NCBI GenBank assembly: GCA_039809905.1
Contig: JBDHVY010000001.1
Span: 960,001-992,000 of the forward strand
Length of the DNA: 32,000 nt
Direction: 5' to 3'
Origin: Candidatus Babelota bacterium
GTDB lineage: Bacteria; Babelota; Babeliae; Babelales; Vermiphilaceae
Shown: piece by piece, positions 18,821 to 28,592 of the stretch
How the letters are laid out: every line of letters starts with the position of its first letter
Numbering within the stretch: position 1 is the first letter of the stretch
Made by a program: the position numbers and the translations under genes
Notes under the pieces: model-generated
Seen by the model: the letters and a program-made list of their open reading frames with translations, nothing else
What the model was told of the DNA's origin: nothing
Databases searched by the model: none

Positions 18821-19093
18821 ATGAACAAGGCAAAGTTAATCGAATCAATGGCTAAATCTACTAAGCAATCAAAAGCAGCATGCAAAGATATGCTAGAAGC
18901 ATTTCTTTCTTCTGTTAGTGGAGCATTGAAACAAGGAAAACAAGTTGTTCTCACTGGCTTTGGTACTTTCTCAGTAATGAAAAGAAAAAGCCGTACAGGG
19001 ATTAATCCAGTAACTCGTGAAAAAATGACAATTGCTGCGAAGAAAGTTCCAAAATTCAAGCCAGGTAAAGCTCTTAAGGCTATGATTAAATAA
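18821..19093 (+). CDS. hup: HU/IHF-family DNA-binding protein
   Basis: 90 aa: MNKAKLIESMAKSTKQSKAACKDMLEAFLSSVSGALKQGKQVVLTGFGTFSVMKRKSRTGINPVTREKMTIAAKKVPKFKPGKALK. Confidence 0.97.
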   Translation: MNKAKLIESMAKSTKQSKAACKDMLEAFLSSVSGALKQGKQVVLTGFGTFSVMKRKSRTGINPVTREKMTIAAKKVPKFKPGKALKAMIK

Positions 19094-19120
19094 GCTTTAT
19101 TTTTTACAGGTTATTTTATA

Positions 19121-19152
19121 AAAAGAAGCGTCTTTTGGCGCTTCTTTTTTTT
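19121..19152 (+). terminator. Rho-independent terminator after the HU gene
   Basis: aaaagaagcg-tcttttgg-cgcttctttttttta stem-loop followed by a T-run. Confidence 0.85.
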
Positions 19153-19274
19153 ATTTAATTGATTTTTTCTTGATTGTAAAGGTTTTAGGTAAGTATACTT
19201 AAACTAGAAATGTAAGAAATGGCTTTAAATATAATATAGAGTCGGATCAAAATTAAAAATAAGGGAATTATTGT

Positions 19275-19709
19275 ATGCTTAATCAAGAAAAAATAGCAGA
19301 GCCAGTTGTTGGGATTGTTGTTGAGAATAAACCAATAGGGCTTGTAGAATCATTTAAAAATGCAATGCAACCAGATGTTATTGCTGACAAGCTAGGTATG
19401 GATAAAAATACCTTGATTGATATTGGTATATATTCAGCAATTGGTTTTATTGTTGGTTTTCTCTTAAAAAAATATAGTGAATATTTTATTGCATGTGTTC
19501 TTTTTATGATCGGTATTGTTGTATTGCAGCAATTTGAATACGTTTCATTTTCATTTAATACCGCTAAAATACACGAAATGCTGGGGTTGCAATCTCTGCC
19601 TATGGTTGGAGATAGTTATAGCATGTTGTTATTAGAGTGGGCAAAATCGAACAAAGCAGCAACGGCAAGTCTTGCTGTTGGCTTTTTAATTGGATTAAAA
19701 GTTGCGTAA
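19275..19709 (+). CDS. FUN14-like small membrane protein
   Basis: 144 aa; GIYSAIGFIVGFLLKKYSEYFIACVLFMIGIVVLQQFEYVSFSF...GLQS and C-terminal hydrophobic SLAVGFLIGLKVA resemble the FUN14 layout. Confidence 0.6.
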   Translation: MLNQEKIAEPVVGIVVENKPIGLVESFKNAMQPDVIADKLGMDKNTLIDIGIYSAIGFIVGFLLKKYSEYFIACVLFMIGIVVLQQFEYVSFSFNTAKIHEMLGLQSLPMVGDSYSMLLLEWAKSNKAATASLAVGFLIGLKVA

Positions 19710-19721
19710 TTAAGGAAGATA

Positions 19722-20264
19722 ATGAAAAAAAGAGAAGGTTTTGAAGCAGATTTTTTGCAGGTTTTAGTTGATTTAAAATATATTACTCCACAAGATTCAG
19801 TAAAGTTGCTTGCTAACTATAATGAATCAGATGTAGATCAATTTGATGATTTTTTGTTGAGTGAAGGTATTTTGGAGCAAGAAGAATTGTTGCAAGCATT
19901 GTCTCAATACTATCAAGTGCCTTCATTTGATGTTGTCGGGTATTTTTTTGAAACACATTATTTGCGCATGTTTCCTAAAGATATGTTGTTAAGAAATGAG
20001 ATTATACCATTACAAGTTGATGAAAATATGATGATCATGGTTGCAGCAAATCCTGATAATCCTGAGCTTTTATTTGAAATTGGTGAAAATGTTTCTTATG
20101 ATATTCGATTTTATGTAGGTATTGCACGAGATATTTGTGATGCTGTTAAAGAATATTATGATAAAGCAGATACTGAAGATGTTGAAGACGAAGATTTGCG
20201 AGAAGAACATCTTTTGATGGGAGAATTTCAGATGATGGAAGATGAGGAGGATCCTTTTGAATAA
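19722..20264 (+). CDS. T2SS/T4P GspE/PilB N-terminal (MshEN-like) domain protein
   Basis: 180 aa; FLLSEGILEQEELLQALSQYYQVPSFDV...RNEIIPLQVDENMMIMVAANPDNPELLFEIGENVSYDIRFYVGIARDICDAVKEYY, immediately upstream of the ATPase domain ORF. Confidence 0.75.
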   Translation: MKKREGFEADFLQVLVDLKYITPQDSVKLLANYNESDVDQFDDFLLSEGILEQEELLQALSQYYQVPSFDVVGYFFETHYLRMFPKDMLLRNEIIPLQVDENMMIMVAANPDNPELLFEIGENVSYDIRFYVGIARDICDAVKEYYDKADTEDVEDEDLREEHLLMGEFQMMEDEEDPFE

Positions 20265-21435
20265 AAATGCGGATCTTCTTGATGATCAATCAATTATCTC
20301 TCGTGTGCAAGCTCTTCTTGATGATGCTATAGCGCACCGTGCATCAGATATCCATCTTGAACCAACTCGTGATGAGTTACGGGTTCGTTTTCGTATTGAT
20401 GGTATTTTGATCGATCAAAGACCATTTTCTGTTGAATTGAGTTCCGCAATTATAGCTCGTCTTAAAATTTTGGCCTATCTTGATAGTACCGAACGCAGAA
20501 TTCCTCAAGATGGTAAATTTAATGTGTTGCATAAAAATAATGAAATTGATATTCGTGTTTCCACGTTTCCTTGTTTATATGGAGAAAAGGTTGTTGTTCG
20601 TATTTTAAACAGAGCTTTGCAGACAATAAGTTTAGAAAGTCTTGGTTTTGAGCCAACAATGCTTGATCGATTTAAGCAATTGCTTGAGCGGCATAATGGT
20701 TTTTTTTTGGTTACCGGACCTACTGGTTCCGGTAAAACAACAACGCTGTATGCAGCTCTTTCTTTTTTGCATAGTTCAGAAAGAAATATAGTTACTTTAG
20801 AAGATCCTGTTGAATATTCATTAGATGGTGTAACACAATCACAAATTAATGTGCCAGCAGGCTTTACGTTTGAAAAAGGAATACGATCGCTGGTGCGTCA
20901 AGATCCTGATATTATCATGGTGGGAGAAATTAGAGATAAAGTGACTGCGCGTATTGCTATTGAAGCGGCTTTGACTGGCCATCTTGTTTTGAGTACCTTA
21001 CATACCGCTGATGCTGCAAGTGCTATTATGCGTTTGATTGATATGGGGATTGAACCTTTTTTACTTAATGCAGCGCTCTCTGGCGTTCTTGCACAGCGTT
21101 TAGTCCGTAAGTTGTGCCAAGAGTGTAAAACAAGTCGTAAGGCAACAGTGGATGAAAAGAAGCTATTAAAAAAGTTTGGTATTGCAGATGATATAATCTA
21201 TGAGGCGAGCGGTTGTGCTTCGTGTGATGATCTGGGGTATAAAGGTCGTGTTGGTATATTTGAATTTCTTGAAATTTCACCAGCGGTACGATCTTTAATT
21301 ATAGCTAATAGTGCTTTTGATGATATTTATAAACAAGCACGTAGTGATGGTATGAAAACGTTGCAGGAAGATGGTGCGCATAAAGTCAGGGATGGAATTA
21401 TTTCCTTGGCTGAATTTATGCGCGTTATTGCTTAA
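20257..21435 (+). CDS. GspE/PilB-family secretion/pilus assembly ATPase domain
   Basis: The track gives 20242 (ATG); TTG at 20257 lies 6 nt after AGGAGG (20245-20250). GPTGSGKTTTLY, TLEDPVEY, RQDPDIIMVGEIRD, TGHLVLSTLHTADA, C-terminal CQEC...CASC tetracysteine motif. Confidence 0.93.
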   Translation: MNKNADLLDDQSIISRVQALLDDAIAHRASDIHLEPTRDELRVRFRIDGILIDQRPFSVELSSAIIARLKILAYLDSTERRIPQDGKFNVLHKNNEIDIRVSTFPCLYGEKVVVRILNRALQTISLESLGFEPTMLDRFKQLLERHNGFFLVTGPTGSGKTTTLYAALSFLHSSERNIVTLEDPVEYSLDGVTQSQINVPAGFTFEKGIRSLVRQDPDIIMVGEIRDKVTARIAIEAALTGHLVLSTLHTADAASAIMRLIDMGIEPFLLNAALSGVLAQRLVRKLCQECKTSRKATVDEKKLLKKFGIADDIIYEASGCASCDDLGYKGRVGIFEFLEISPAVRSLIIANSAFDDIYKQARSDGMKTLQEDGAHKVRDGIISLAEFMRVIA

Positions 21436-21669
21436 TTATTTGCTAAGAATAGCATCGAGACGTTTGAAGTATTCTGTTTCCCACAATCTATATCTTGCAA
21501 GACTTTTTTGTTTTATGACTAACCGTTTATTGTCATTGTGATTATATTGTTGTTTTACAATGCCTAATGTGTATTCTTTTTTAGGTCTTGGTTTTCTATT
21601 GGTGCATATACTTATAGATGTAGTTGCTAGAAATAATAGAAGAAGAATAGATATACTTTTTTTATTCAT
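21436..21669 (-). CDS. Small exported protein, paralogue of the neighbouring ORF
   Basis: 77 aa; MNKKSISILLLLFLATTSISICTNRKPRPKKE matches the N-terminus of 21682..21987. Confidence 0.65.
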   Translation of the reverse strand: MNKKSISILLLLFLATTSISICTNRKPRPKKEYTLGIVKQQYNHNDNKRLVIKQKSLARYRLWETEYFKRLDAILSK

Positions 21670-21681
21670 TGATGGTTTATC

Positions 21682-21987
21682 TTAATCTTCTAAATCTGAA
21701 TCTAAAGCTAATCTTGCCGCTGCAAGTCTTTCTAACATGTTATCAGCATCACGATTGACTCTTCTAATTGTATTTTGTAGAGCTTGTTCTGCTCTTACTG
21801 GAAATAGTGCTCGATTTCTTTTTTCACATAGATCTGTAAATAGTGCGGTATAGTTCTTATCAGATAGGTTTATAGAGTCTTGTTTACGTTCTTTTTTAGG
21901 GCGCGGTTTTCTGCTGGTACATGTGCTGATAGATGCGCTTGCTAGAACTGTTACAAACAAAAGAGTTGATATATTTTTTTTATTCAT
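21682..21987 (-). CDS. Small exported protein, paralogue of the neighbouring ORF
   Basis: 101 aa; MNKKNISTLLFVTVLASASISTCTSRKPRPKKE. Confidence 0.65.
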   Translation of the reverse strand: MNKKNISTLLFVTVLASASISTCTSRKPRPKKERKQDSINLSDKNYTALFTDLCEKRNRALFPVRAEQALQNTIRRVNRDADNMLERLAAARLALDSDLED

Positions 21988-22027
21988 CGATTGTCCCTGT
22001 GTATTAAAAAGATATTAATATTGTTTT

Positions 22028-22612
22028 TTATGGATTTATTGTGTTTTTTGCAAAATCAGAATGAATGCCGTGTGAGCCATTTTTATTGACTATTTTTTGT
22101 CGTACAAGAAAACGCATAGATTCTCTTGAGTCAATGCATGGTTCTTGTGCAAATACCTTAGTGCACGCTTCTTTATAGTTGTTAAATCCTGCACCGAGAG
22201 TAGCTCCAATAATATTTTGATCACCGTCTTTTAAATCGTTAAAAATTTTTGATGGGAGCAAGGTAAATTGTTTGTTGTTCCGGTCAAGTTTTTTCAATGT
22301 TTTATTTGCTTCTGTTCCTTTAACAAAAAGATCATCAGGCGAAGCATTGATGATTTTTGCCTGTTCTGGTGAAACAGAAAGGGCGGTTAATGCTATAAAT
22401 GTATCACGAGGCGTAATAGAATGATGTGGAAACACACGTTGTATTGCGGCGCATTTAGATGGTGAGAGGTAAGTTAAAGATTTAACTGTTGGATGAGGCA
22501 TACATAACGTTATGGTGTTATTTTGGGGCAGATCCATTGATACTACTAAGCTAGAGCTTATAAGTAATGAGAGGGCCAAAGAATAGAGTGTCTTTTGTAT
22601 GGTTATATTCAT
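22028..22612 (-). CDS. Hypothetical exported protein
   Basis: 194 aa with signal-like N-terminus (MNITIQKTLYSLALSLLISSSLVVSM). Confidence 0.7.
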   Translation of the reverse strand: MNITIQKTLYSLALSLLISSSLVVSMDLPQNNTITLCMPHPTVKSLTYLSPSKCAAIQRVFPHHSITPRDTFIALTALSVSPEQAKIINASPDDLFVKGTEANKTLKKLDRNNKQFTLLPSKIFNDLKDGDQNIIGATLGAGFNNYKEACTKVFAQEPCIDSRESMRFLVRQKIVNKNGSHGIHSDFAKNTINP

Positions 22613-22749
22613 GCGCTTCCTTTAATATCATATTAGTATTTTAATTCAACCTAAGATAAAGCTTATCTTTTTATATAAGTCATGTCAAAAAAAATATATA
22701 TTTCTATCAGAAAAATAGCATAAATATGCCTTCCTGCTATACTGAATGT

Positions 22750-23502
22750 ATGGAAAAACAGGTAATTTTATCGATCAATAACGCTTCTGTTGCGGTTCTT
22801 GATAAACAAGTACTTTATAATGTTGATTTAGAAGTAGGTACGGGATCTATTCATGCTATTATGGGGCCCAATGGCTCCGGCAAAAGCTCTCTTGCCTATG
22901 CCTTGGCAGGGCATCCGCATTACACCATATCTTCTGGGACGATACTATTTAATGGTAAAGATCTTATTTCTATGCCTATACATGAACGGGTGCGTAATGG
23001 ATTATTTCTCTCATTTCAGCATCCAGTTGAAATACCCGGAGTTTCTGTAGCTTCTTTTTTGAAAGAGGCGTATATAGCTGTTACGGGTAATCAGATTGCT
23101 CCGATTGAGTTTAAAAAATTGCTTGATGATCGCTGTGCACAGTTAGGTATTGATGAATCTTTTACCTTGCGAGCGGTGAATGTTGGCTTTTCTGGCGGAG
23201 AAAAGAAACGCCTTGAATTATTACAATTGCTCATATTGCAGCCTAAACTAGCTATTCTTGATGAGATTGATTCTGGTCTTGATATTGATTCTCTTAAAGT
23301 TGTTGCAGCGGGAATAGACCTTGCTCGTAAAGAAAATCCTGCCCTCAGCATTATTCTTATTACTCATTATCAACGAATTTTGGATTATCTCGTTCCTGAT
23401 TATGTTCATGTATTATGCGATGGACGAATGCAGCATTCGGGAGATGCTATGGTAGCGCGTATGCTCGAGGCTAAAGGATATGATGAATATAAAAGGTCTT
23501 AA
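22750..23502 (+). CDS. sufC: Fe-S cluster assembly ATPase SufC
   Basis: The track gives 22726; ATG 22750 ([11 protein letters not shown]) is plausible. Walker [36 protein letters not shown] signature, [17 protein letters not shown]. Confidence 0.95.
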   Translation: MEKQVILSINNASVAVLDKQVLYNVDLEVGTGSIHAIMGPNGSGKSSLAYALAGHPHYTISSGTILFNGKDLISMPIHERVRNGLFLSFQHPVEIPGVSVASFLKEAYIAVTGNQIAPIEFKKLLDDRCAQLGIDESFTLRAVNVGFSGGEKKRLELLQLLILQPKLAILDEIDSGLDIDSLKVVAAGIDLARKENPALSIILITHYQRILDYLVPDYVHVLCDGRMQHSGDAMVARMLEAKGYDEYKRS

Positions 23503-24811
23503 TCGAGACATTGTGAGAGCAATTTCTGAGAAAAAAAATGAACCTCAATGGATGACAGATTTTCGTCTTGCGGCATTAGATATTTTTGAGAACAAATCAA
23601 TGCCACAGTGGGGAGCTGATTTAAGCGATCTTAATCCTCATGATATTTATTATTATATTAAGCCCATTATGGATCAGCAGACAGAATGGTCCGATGTTCC
23701 TGAAAAAATTAAAACAACGTTTGAAAAACTAGGTATTCCGCAAGCTGAGCAAAAGTTTTTGGCTGGCGTCGGGGCACAATTTGATTCGGAAGTCATCTAT
23801 AAAAATCTAAAAAAGCGGTGGTCTGATCAAGGGGTCATTTTTTGTGATATGTCTACTGCCGTCAGAGATCATGCAGATTTAGTGAAAAAATACTTCTCTA
23901 CCGTAATTCCTGCGCATGATAATAAATTTGCTGCCCTTAATTCCGCGGTGTGGAGTGGAGGAAGCTTTGTGTATGTGCCAGCAGGGGTTAAAATAGATAT
24001 GCCTTTGCAGGCATATTTTCGTATTGATTCATCACAAATGGGACAATTTGAACGGACGTTGATTATTGCCGAACCGGGTAGTTTTGTGGAATATGTTGAA
24101 GGGTGTAGCGCACCAATTTATAAAAAAAATTCATTGCACAGTGCTGTTGTTGAGCTTGTTGCATTACCTGGAGCGCATATTCGTTATACCACGATTCAAA
24201 ACTGGTCCAACAATGTGTACAACTTAGTTACTAAACGTGCAATTGCTTATCAAGATGCGCGTGTTGAATGGGTTGATGGCAATTTTGGCAGCAAAATAAC
24301 TATGAAATATCCCTGTATTGTTCTTAAAGAACGCGGAGCAAAAGGTTCAATTATTTCTCTTGCCATAGCTGGCAATGGCCAACACCAAGATTCCGGAGGA
24401 AAAATTATCCATTTGGCGCCGCATACTACCTCTACTATTATTGCAAAATCAATCAGTAAAAATGGTGGGCGATCGAGTTATCGTGGATTACTTAAAGTTA
24501 TTAAAGGGGCTCATCACGTGCAATCAAAAGTGCAATGTGATGCGCTTATTTTTGATGATATATCCCGTACTGATACGTATCCCACCATTGATATTAAAGA
24601 AGATCAAGTAGATATTGGACATGAAGCATCAGTAAGTAAGGTAAGTGATGAACAACTTTTTTATTTACAATCACGTGGGTTTACTGAACAATCAGCTCGT
24701 GCATTAATCGTGAATGGTTTTATTGATGCATTCGTACAATTACTACCCATGGAGTATGCGGTAGAAATAAATCGTCTTATTGCAATGGAAATGGAAGATT
24801 CAATTGGATAA
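23480..24811 (+). CDS. sufB: Fe-S cluster assembly protein SufB
   Basis: 443 aa; [87 protein letters not shown]. Confidence 0.97.
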   Translation: MMNIKGLNRDIVRAISEKKNEPQWMTDFRLAALDIFENKSMPQWGADLSDLNPHDIYYYIKPIMDQQTEWSDVPEKIKTTFEKLGIPQAEQKFLAGVGAQFDSEVIYKNLKKRWSDQGVIFCDMSTAVRDHADLVKKYFSTVIPAHDNKFAALNSAVWSGGSFVYVPAGVKIDMPLQAYFRIDSSQMGQFERTLIIAEPGSFVEYVEGCSAPIYKKNSLHSAVVELVALPGAHIRYTTIQNWSNNVYNLVTKRAIAYQDARVEWVDGNFGSKITMKYPCIVLKERGAKGSIISLAIAGNGQHQDSGGKIIHLAPHTTSTIIAKSISKNGGRSSYRGLLKVIKGAHHVQSKVQCDALIFDDISRTDTYPTIDIKEDQVDIGHEASVSKVSDEQLFYLQSRGFTEQSARALIVNGFIDAFVQLLPMEYAVEINRLIAMEMEDSIG

Positions 24812-25436
24812 TATACAAGAATATGTTGTTGGTGAAAATCAACAACAAGAGTATCAATTTTTATTTGATGCACAAACAATACAATCGCCTATTTTTTTAC
24901 GTTTCTATGTTGAGGCATATGCAACGTTAAAAATGCATCTGCTTATTATTCATACCAGTATGCAGGTGAAAATAGAGTGTATTTTGCGTGGTCAAGGTGC
25001 GCATGTTTCTGTTCAGGGAGCATATATATTATCTGAAAAGCATTCTGTTGCCATTGACACCTTTCAACATCATACGGTTGCCAATACCAGTAGTACAATG
25101 TTAATAAAAGGAGCGTTGCGTGATAATGCTTATGCTCACTATGAAGGTACTATTTATATAGAAAAAGATGCTTCAGGATCCTATGCATCGCAAGAAAATA
25201 AAAATATATTGCTCAGTAATGCAGCTCGAGTTGTTTCTGTTCCTAATTTAGAAGTTTTGAATAATGAAGTAAAATGCTTTCATGGCAGTGCTACTGGCAG
25301 ATTTGATCAGGAACAATTGTTTTATGCGGCATCTCGTGGTATTGATGAAAAAGCAGCAGAAGAACTTTTATTGAAAGCATTTTTTGCTGATGTGATGGAT
25401 GATGAATTGTTTAAAGGAAGTTGGTATGGATTTTAA
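24780..25436 (+). CDS. sufD: SufD-like Fe-S assembly scaffold protein (short, 218 aa)
   Basis: [64 protein letters not shown] is the typical SufB/SufD C-terminus; position between sufB and sufS. Confidence 0.88.
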   Translation: MQWKWKIQLDNIQEYVVGENQQQEYQFLFDAQTIQSPIFLRFYVEAYATLKMHLLIIHTSMQVKIECILRGQGAHVSVQGAYILSEKHSVAIDTFQHHTVANTSSTMLIKGALRDNAYAHYEGTIYIEKDASGSYASQENKNILLSNAARVVSVPNLEVLNNEVKCFHGSATGRFDQEQLFYAASRGIDEKAAEELLLKAFFADVMDDELFKGSWYGF

Positions 25437-26646
25437 AAAACTACGATCAGATTTTCCCATTTTATCACAAAAAGTTAATGGATACTCTCTTGTGCCTTGT
25501 GATAACGCATCAACAACACATAAACCACAATCAGTAATTGATACATTAGTACAATTTTATACCACAACGAATGCTAATATCTATCGAGGCATTCATCTTT
25601 TTGCAGAACAAGCAACACATATGTATGAGCAAGCTCGTAAAAAAGTGGCAGATTTTATTGGAGCATATCCCGAAGAAGTAATATTTACTCGTGGATGTAC
25701 TGCAGGAATTAATTTTGTGGTTGCAACATGGGGAGAAATGCATATTAAAGCGGGTGATGAAATTGTTATAACAGAGCTTGAACATCATGCGAATTTATTA
25801 CCATGGCAATGTCTTGCGCAAAAAAAAGGTGCAATTCTTAAATTTATTCCTGTTTTTCCTCATGGATTACTTGATCTTTCTAATCTTGAGTCCATTATTA
25901 CCAGTAAAACAAAGATGGTTTCCATTATTCATGTATCCAATGCGGTCGGCACTCATGTAGATATTGCAACTATTATTGTGCATGCAAAAAAAGTAGGAGC
26001 ATGCGTGCTGATTGATGCAGCACAATCAGTTGCCCATCAGAAAATAAATGTGCATGCAATAGATTGTGATTTTTTAGTTTTTTCAGGACATAAATTATTA
26101 GGACCAACAGGTATTGGTGTTCTCTATATTAAAAAAGATATGCATAATGATGTGCCACCTTATGAAGTTGGTGGTGGCATGGTGGAAAATGCGGATTATG
26201 AAAATGCAACATGGCGACAAGCTCCCTATAAGTTTGAAGCGGGTACGCCACCAATAGCGCAAGCGATTGGATTGGGAGCTGCAATTGATTATCTGCATAA
26301 CAATATTGATTTTGATGAGCTTCTTTCTTATGAAGCTGCTTTATGCACGCGGTTGATTGATGGATTATCAAAAATTAAACAAGTTACTCTGTTAGGACCT
26401 ATCCAAGAATTAAAAAAAAATGGACACCTGGTAAGTTTTTTGGTTGAGGGTATGCACAGCCATGATGTGGCAGCATTTTTAGACTCTCGAGGCATTTCTG
26501 TTCGCGCTGGGCACCATTGTGCACAGCCCTTTGCAAAAAAAATGGGCTATGATGCTTCTGTTCGCGTTAGCTTTTACTTTTACAATACTATTGAAGACGT
26601 AGATAAGATTGTGCAAGCGATTTCAGAGCTTGTTACAACTATATAA
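25426..26646 (+). CDS. sufS: Cysteine desulfurase SufS
   Basis: The track gives 25399; ATG 25426 ([19 protein letters not shown]) is likelier. CDNASTTHKPQSV, TELEHHANLLPWQ, DCDFLVFSGHKLLGPTGIGVLY, RAGHHCAQPFAKKMG. Confidence 0.96.
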   Translation: MDFKKLRSDFPILSQKVNGYSLVPCDNASTTHKPQSVIDTLVQFYTTTNANIYRGIHLFAEQATHMYEQARKKVADFIGAYPEEVIFTRGCTAGINFVVATWGEMHIKAGDEIVITELEHHANLLPWQCLAQKKGAILKFIPVFPHGLLDLSNLESIITSKTKMVSIIHVSNAVGTHVDIATIIVHAKKVGACVLIDAAQSVAHQKINVHAIDCDFLVFSGHKLLGPTGIGVLYIKKDMHNDVPPYEVGGGMVENADYENATWRQAPYKFEAGTPPIAQAIGLGAAIDYLHNNIDFDELLSYEAALCTRLIDGLSKIKQVTLLGPIQELKKNGHLVSFLVEGMHSHDVAAFLDSRGISVRAGHHCAQPFAKKMGYDASVRVSFYFYNTIEDVDKIVQAISELVTTI

Positions 26647-26663
26647 ATCTGGAGTTGTAGGTA

Positions 26664-27734
26664 ATGAGCAGTACAAAAATTGGGATGATCAATCTTTTAT
26701 TCCTATCTTTTTTTGCATACAGTGCACAAAAAAAAGAACTTGTAGTGCATAAGCCATTATTTTTTCAAAACTGTATGATTGATGATGTCAGACCAAAAAT
26801 TGTGGCTTTTATGAATTATCCTACGAGTATTCAATTTATACGGACATGCACATATCTTTATGATAAGTATAATAAAATGCAGGATGAGGATGCGCAAAAA
26901 GATTATGCACAAAAAACATCTCTTAATTTTGATATAAAACATTATCATAGAGCATTATTTTATTATGCGCCTCGATATAAAGAAAGAGCTCGTGATTTGT
27001 TGCAGTTGCAAAAATTTAAAGAATCACGAAAAAAATTGTTGAATATGTTTGAGGTTGATGATTCAAGCATTGAATGCATGTTGGTTTTTTATCAACAAAA
27101 AATTGATTCTTATCATTGTTTTTTCAATAAATACAAATCTCTTGAAAATTTTAAAGTTTTACTTGCTATGGGATTTTCTCCTAATGTTAGATCAAATGAT
27201 GGATCTACTCTTATTGGAACGTTGGCTTTTTACTGTAACAATGAAGAATTAGATATCGTATTACAAGATAAGCGAACCGATCCTAATATTTTAGACAAAC
27301 GAGGGGCTACTGCTTTGATATCCGCTGGGTATCATAATAATGTTGAAGGATTTAAATTGTTATTGAAACATTCTTCTACAAATCCTAATATTACTGATTA
27401 TTGGAAATATACTCCTCTTATGAAGGTTATAGGCGATTGTCCATCGAGCGGTTATGTATGGAAAGTAGAAAAAATTGTTGAAATGTTTTTATTAGATAAG
27501 CGAACTGATCTTTTTATAACAAGTAATAAGGGAGAAACAGCATTGTCCCTTGCTTATAAGCTTGATCATCAAGGAATAATTGATTTGTTCAAAAAACATA
27601 AGGGTTTTAAAGAAGAAAAAAAGCGTTATCTAGAGAGAAAAAAATTAGAGGCTCATCAAATAACATGTATTTTACTTTTGCTACCATTGGGATTAGCAAT
27701 GAGCATGTATGGACTATCACTATTTATTGCTTGA
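26664..27734 (+). CDS. Ankyrin-repeat protein with N-terminal signal/anchor and C-terminal TM
   Basis: 356 aa; degenerate ankyrin units (GFSPNVRSNDGSTLIGTLAFYCNNEELDIVLQ; RTDPNILDKRGATALISAGYHNNVEGFKLLL; STNPNITDYWKYTPLMKVI; RTDLFITSNKGETALSLAYKLDHQGIIDLF) and a terminal hydrophobic segment. Confidence 0.85.
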   Translation: MSSTKIGMINLLFLSFFAYSAQKKELVVHKPLFFQNCMIDDVRPKIVAFMNYPTSIQFIRTCTYLYDKYNKMQDEDAQKDYAQKTSLNFDIKHYHRALFYYAPRYKERARDLLQLQKFKESRKKLLNMFEVDDSSIECMLVFYQQKIDSYHCFFNKYKSLENFKVLLAMGFSPNVRSNDGSTLIGTLAFYCNNEELDIVLQDKRTDPNILDKRGATALISAGYHNNVEGFKLLLKHSSTNPNITDYWKYTPLMKVIGDCPSSGYVWKVEKIVEMFLLDKRTDLFITSNKGETALSLAYKLDHQGIIDLFKKHKGFKEEKKRYLERKKLEAHQITCILLLLPLGLAMSMYGLSLFIA

Positions 27735-27743
27735 TGCGATAAT

Positions 27744-28592
27744 CTAAATCTTAATGCCGCATTGTTTTAATTTTTTCATTATATTTTTATCATACATAAG
27801 TGCTTTCATACCCAATTTTTGTGCTGCATCAACTGTTTCTTGAAGATCATCGATTAAAATACAGTTGTGTGGCGTAAGATTGTAAGTGGTAAGTGCATGA
27901 TTAAAAATAGTTGTGCTTGGCTTTACTGCTTTAACATCTGATGAAACAATAACGCCATCAAAAAGATTGATAATATCAGGATATTTTTTTTGTATTGCTT
28001 CATATAATTCATGTGGTGTATTTGCAAAAATATAAATGGAGTATCCGGCAGATTTTAGTTTTTGCGCAAGTTGTATTGTTTGTTTTATCGGTTCAATCAT
28101 ATGGGCAGTTGTTGTTGGATCAAGAATAGTGCTCATGATATTTATCATGAGCATTTTTTCTTTAGCACTGTTAAAATGCTTTTCTTGATCAAGAATTTCA
28201 ATTGTTTTTAAAATTTCGTCTTTTGTTTCTTGTGCCGTTTTTTTACCTTCTTGTAATTCAATAAGACAGCGTGGCATAACTCGTTTTTTTAGTGTGAGAT
28301 GAATGTGTGGTTTTTGTGTTTCGTGTTTGCTCATTGCATCAAGCATATCAAGACATCGATAACCAGGATGCTTCCAATGCGTAAGTGTATAACTTGCAAT
28401 ATTTCCATAACCAATTTTTTTGGTAAATCCTGCTTGATTTTCTTTTATGATAACATTCATAAGATCAAAGAGAATCACTTTTTTCGTGTCCTCAAGCCTA
28501 TCCTTTGTAACTTTCGTGAAAGAGAAAGCGAAGTAGAAGGTGCATATACACATAAGCAGAAATGAAATATGTACGCTATAATATAAACGCAT
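27744..28592 (-). CDS. Exported or anchored HAD-like hydrolase family protein
   Basis: 282 aa; hydrophobic N-terminus, VILFDLMNVII (motif I region), IYIFANTP (motif II region), VKPSTTIFNHAL (Lys motif), CILIDDLQETVDAAQKLGMKAL (acidic motif). Confidence 0.85.
   Translation of the reverse strand: MRLYYSVHISFLLMCICTFYFAFSFTKVTKDRLEDTKKVILFDLMNVIIKENQAGFTKKIGYGNIASYTLTHWKHPGYRCLDMLDAMSKHETQKPHIHLTLKKRVMPRCLIELQEGKKTAQETKDEILKTIEILDQEKHFNSAKEKMLMINIMSTILDPTTTAHMIEPIKQTIQLAQKLKSAGYSIYIFANTPHELYEAIQKKYPDIINLFDGVIVSSDVKAVKPSTTIFNHALTTYNLTPHNCILIDDLQETVDAAQKLGMKALMYDKNIMKKLKQCGIKI

Noticed and set aside
18757-19059. 100-aa minus-strand ORF antisense to the HU gene
   Set aside because: The plus strand encodes a clear HU protein with a terminator; the antisense frame is incidental.
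19722-21435. Possibility of a full type II secretion or type IV pilus operon
   Set aside because: Only the split GspE/PilB-like ATPase is present; no pilin, secretin, GspF or prepilin peptidase genes were seen in the window.
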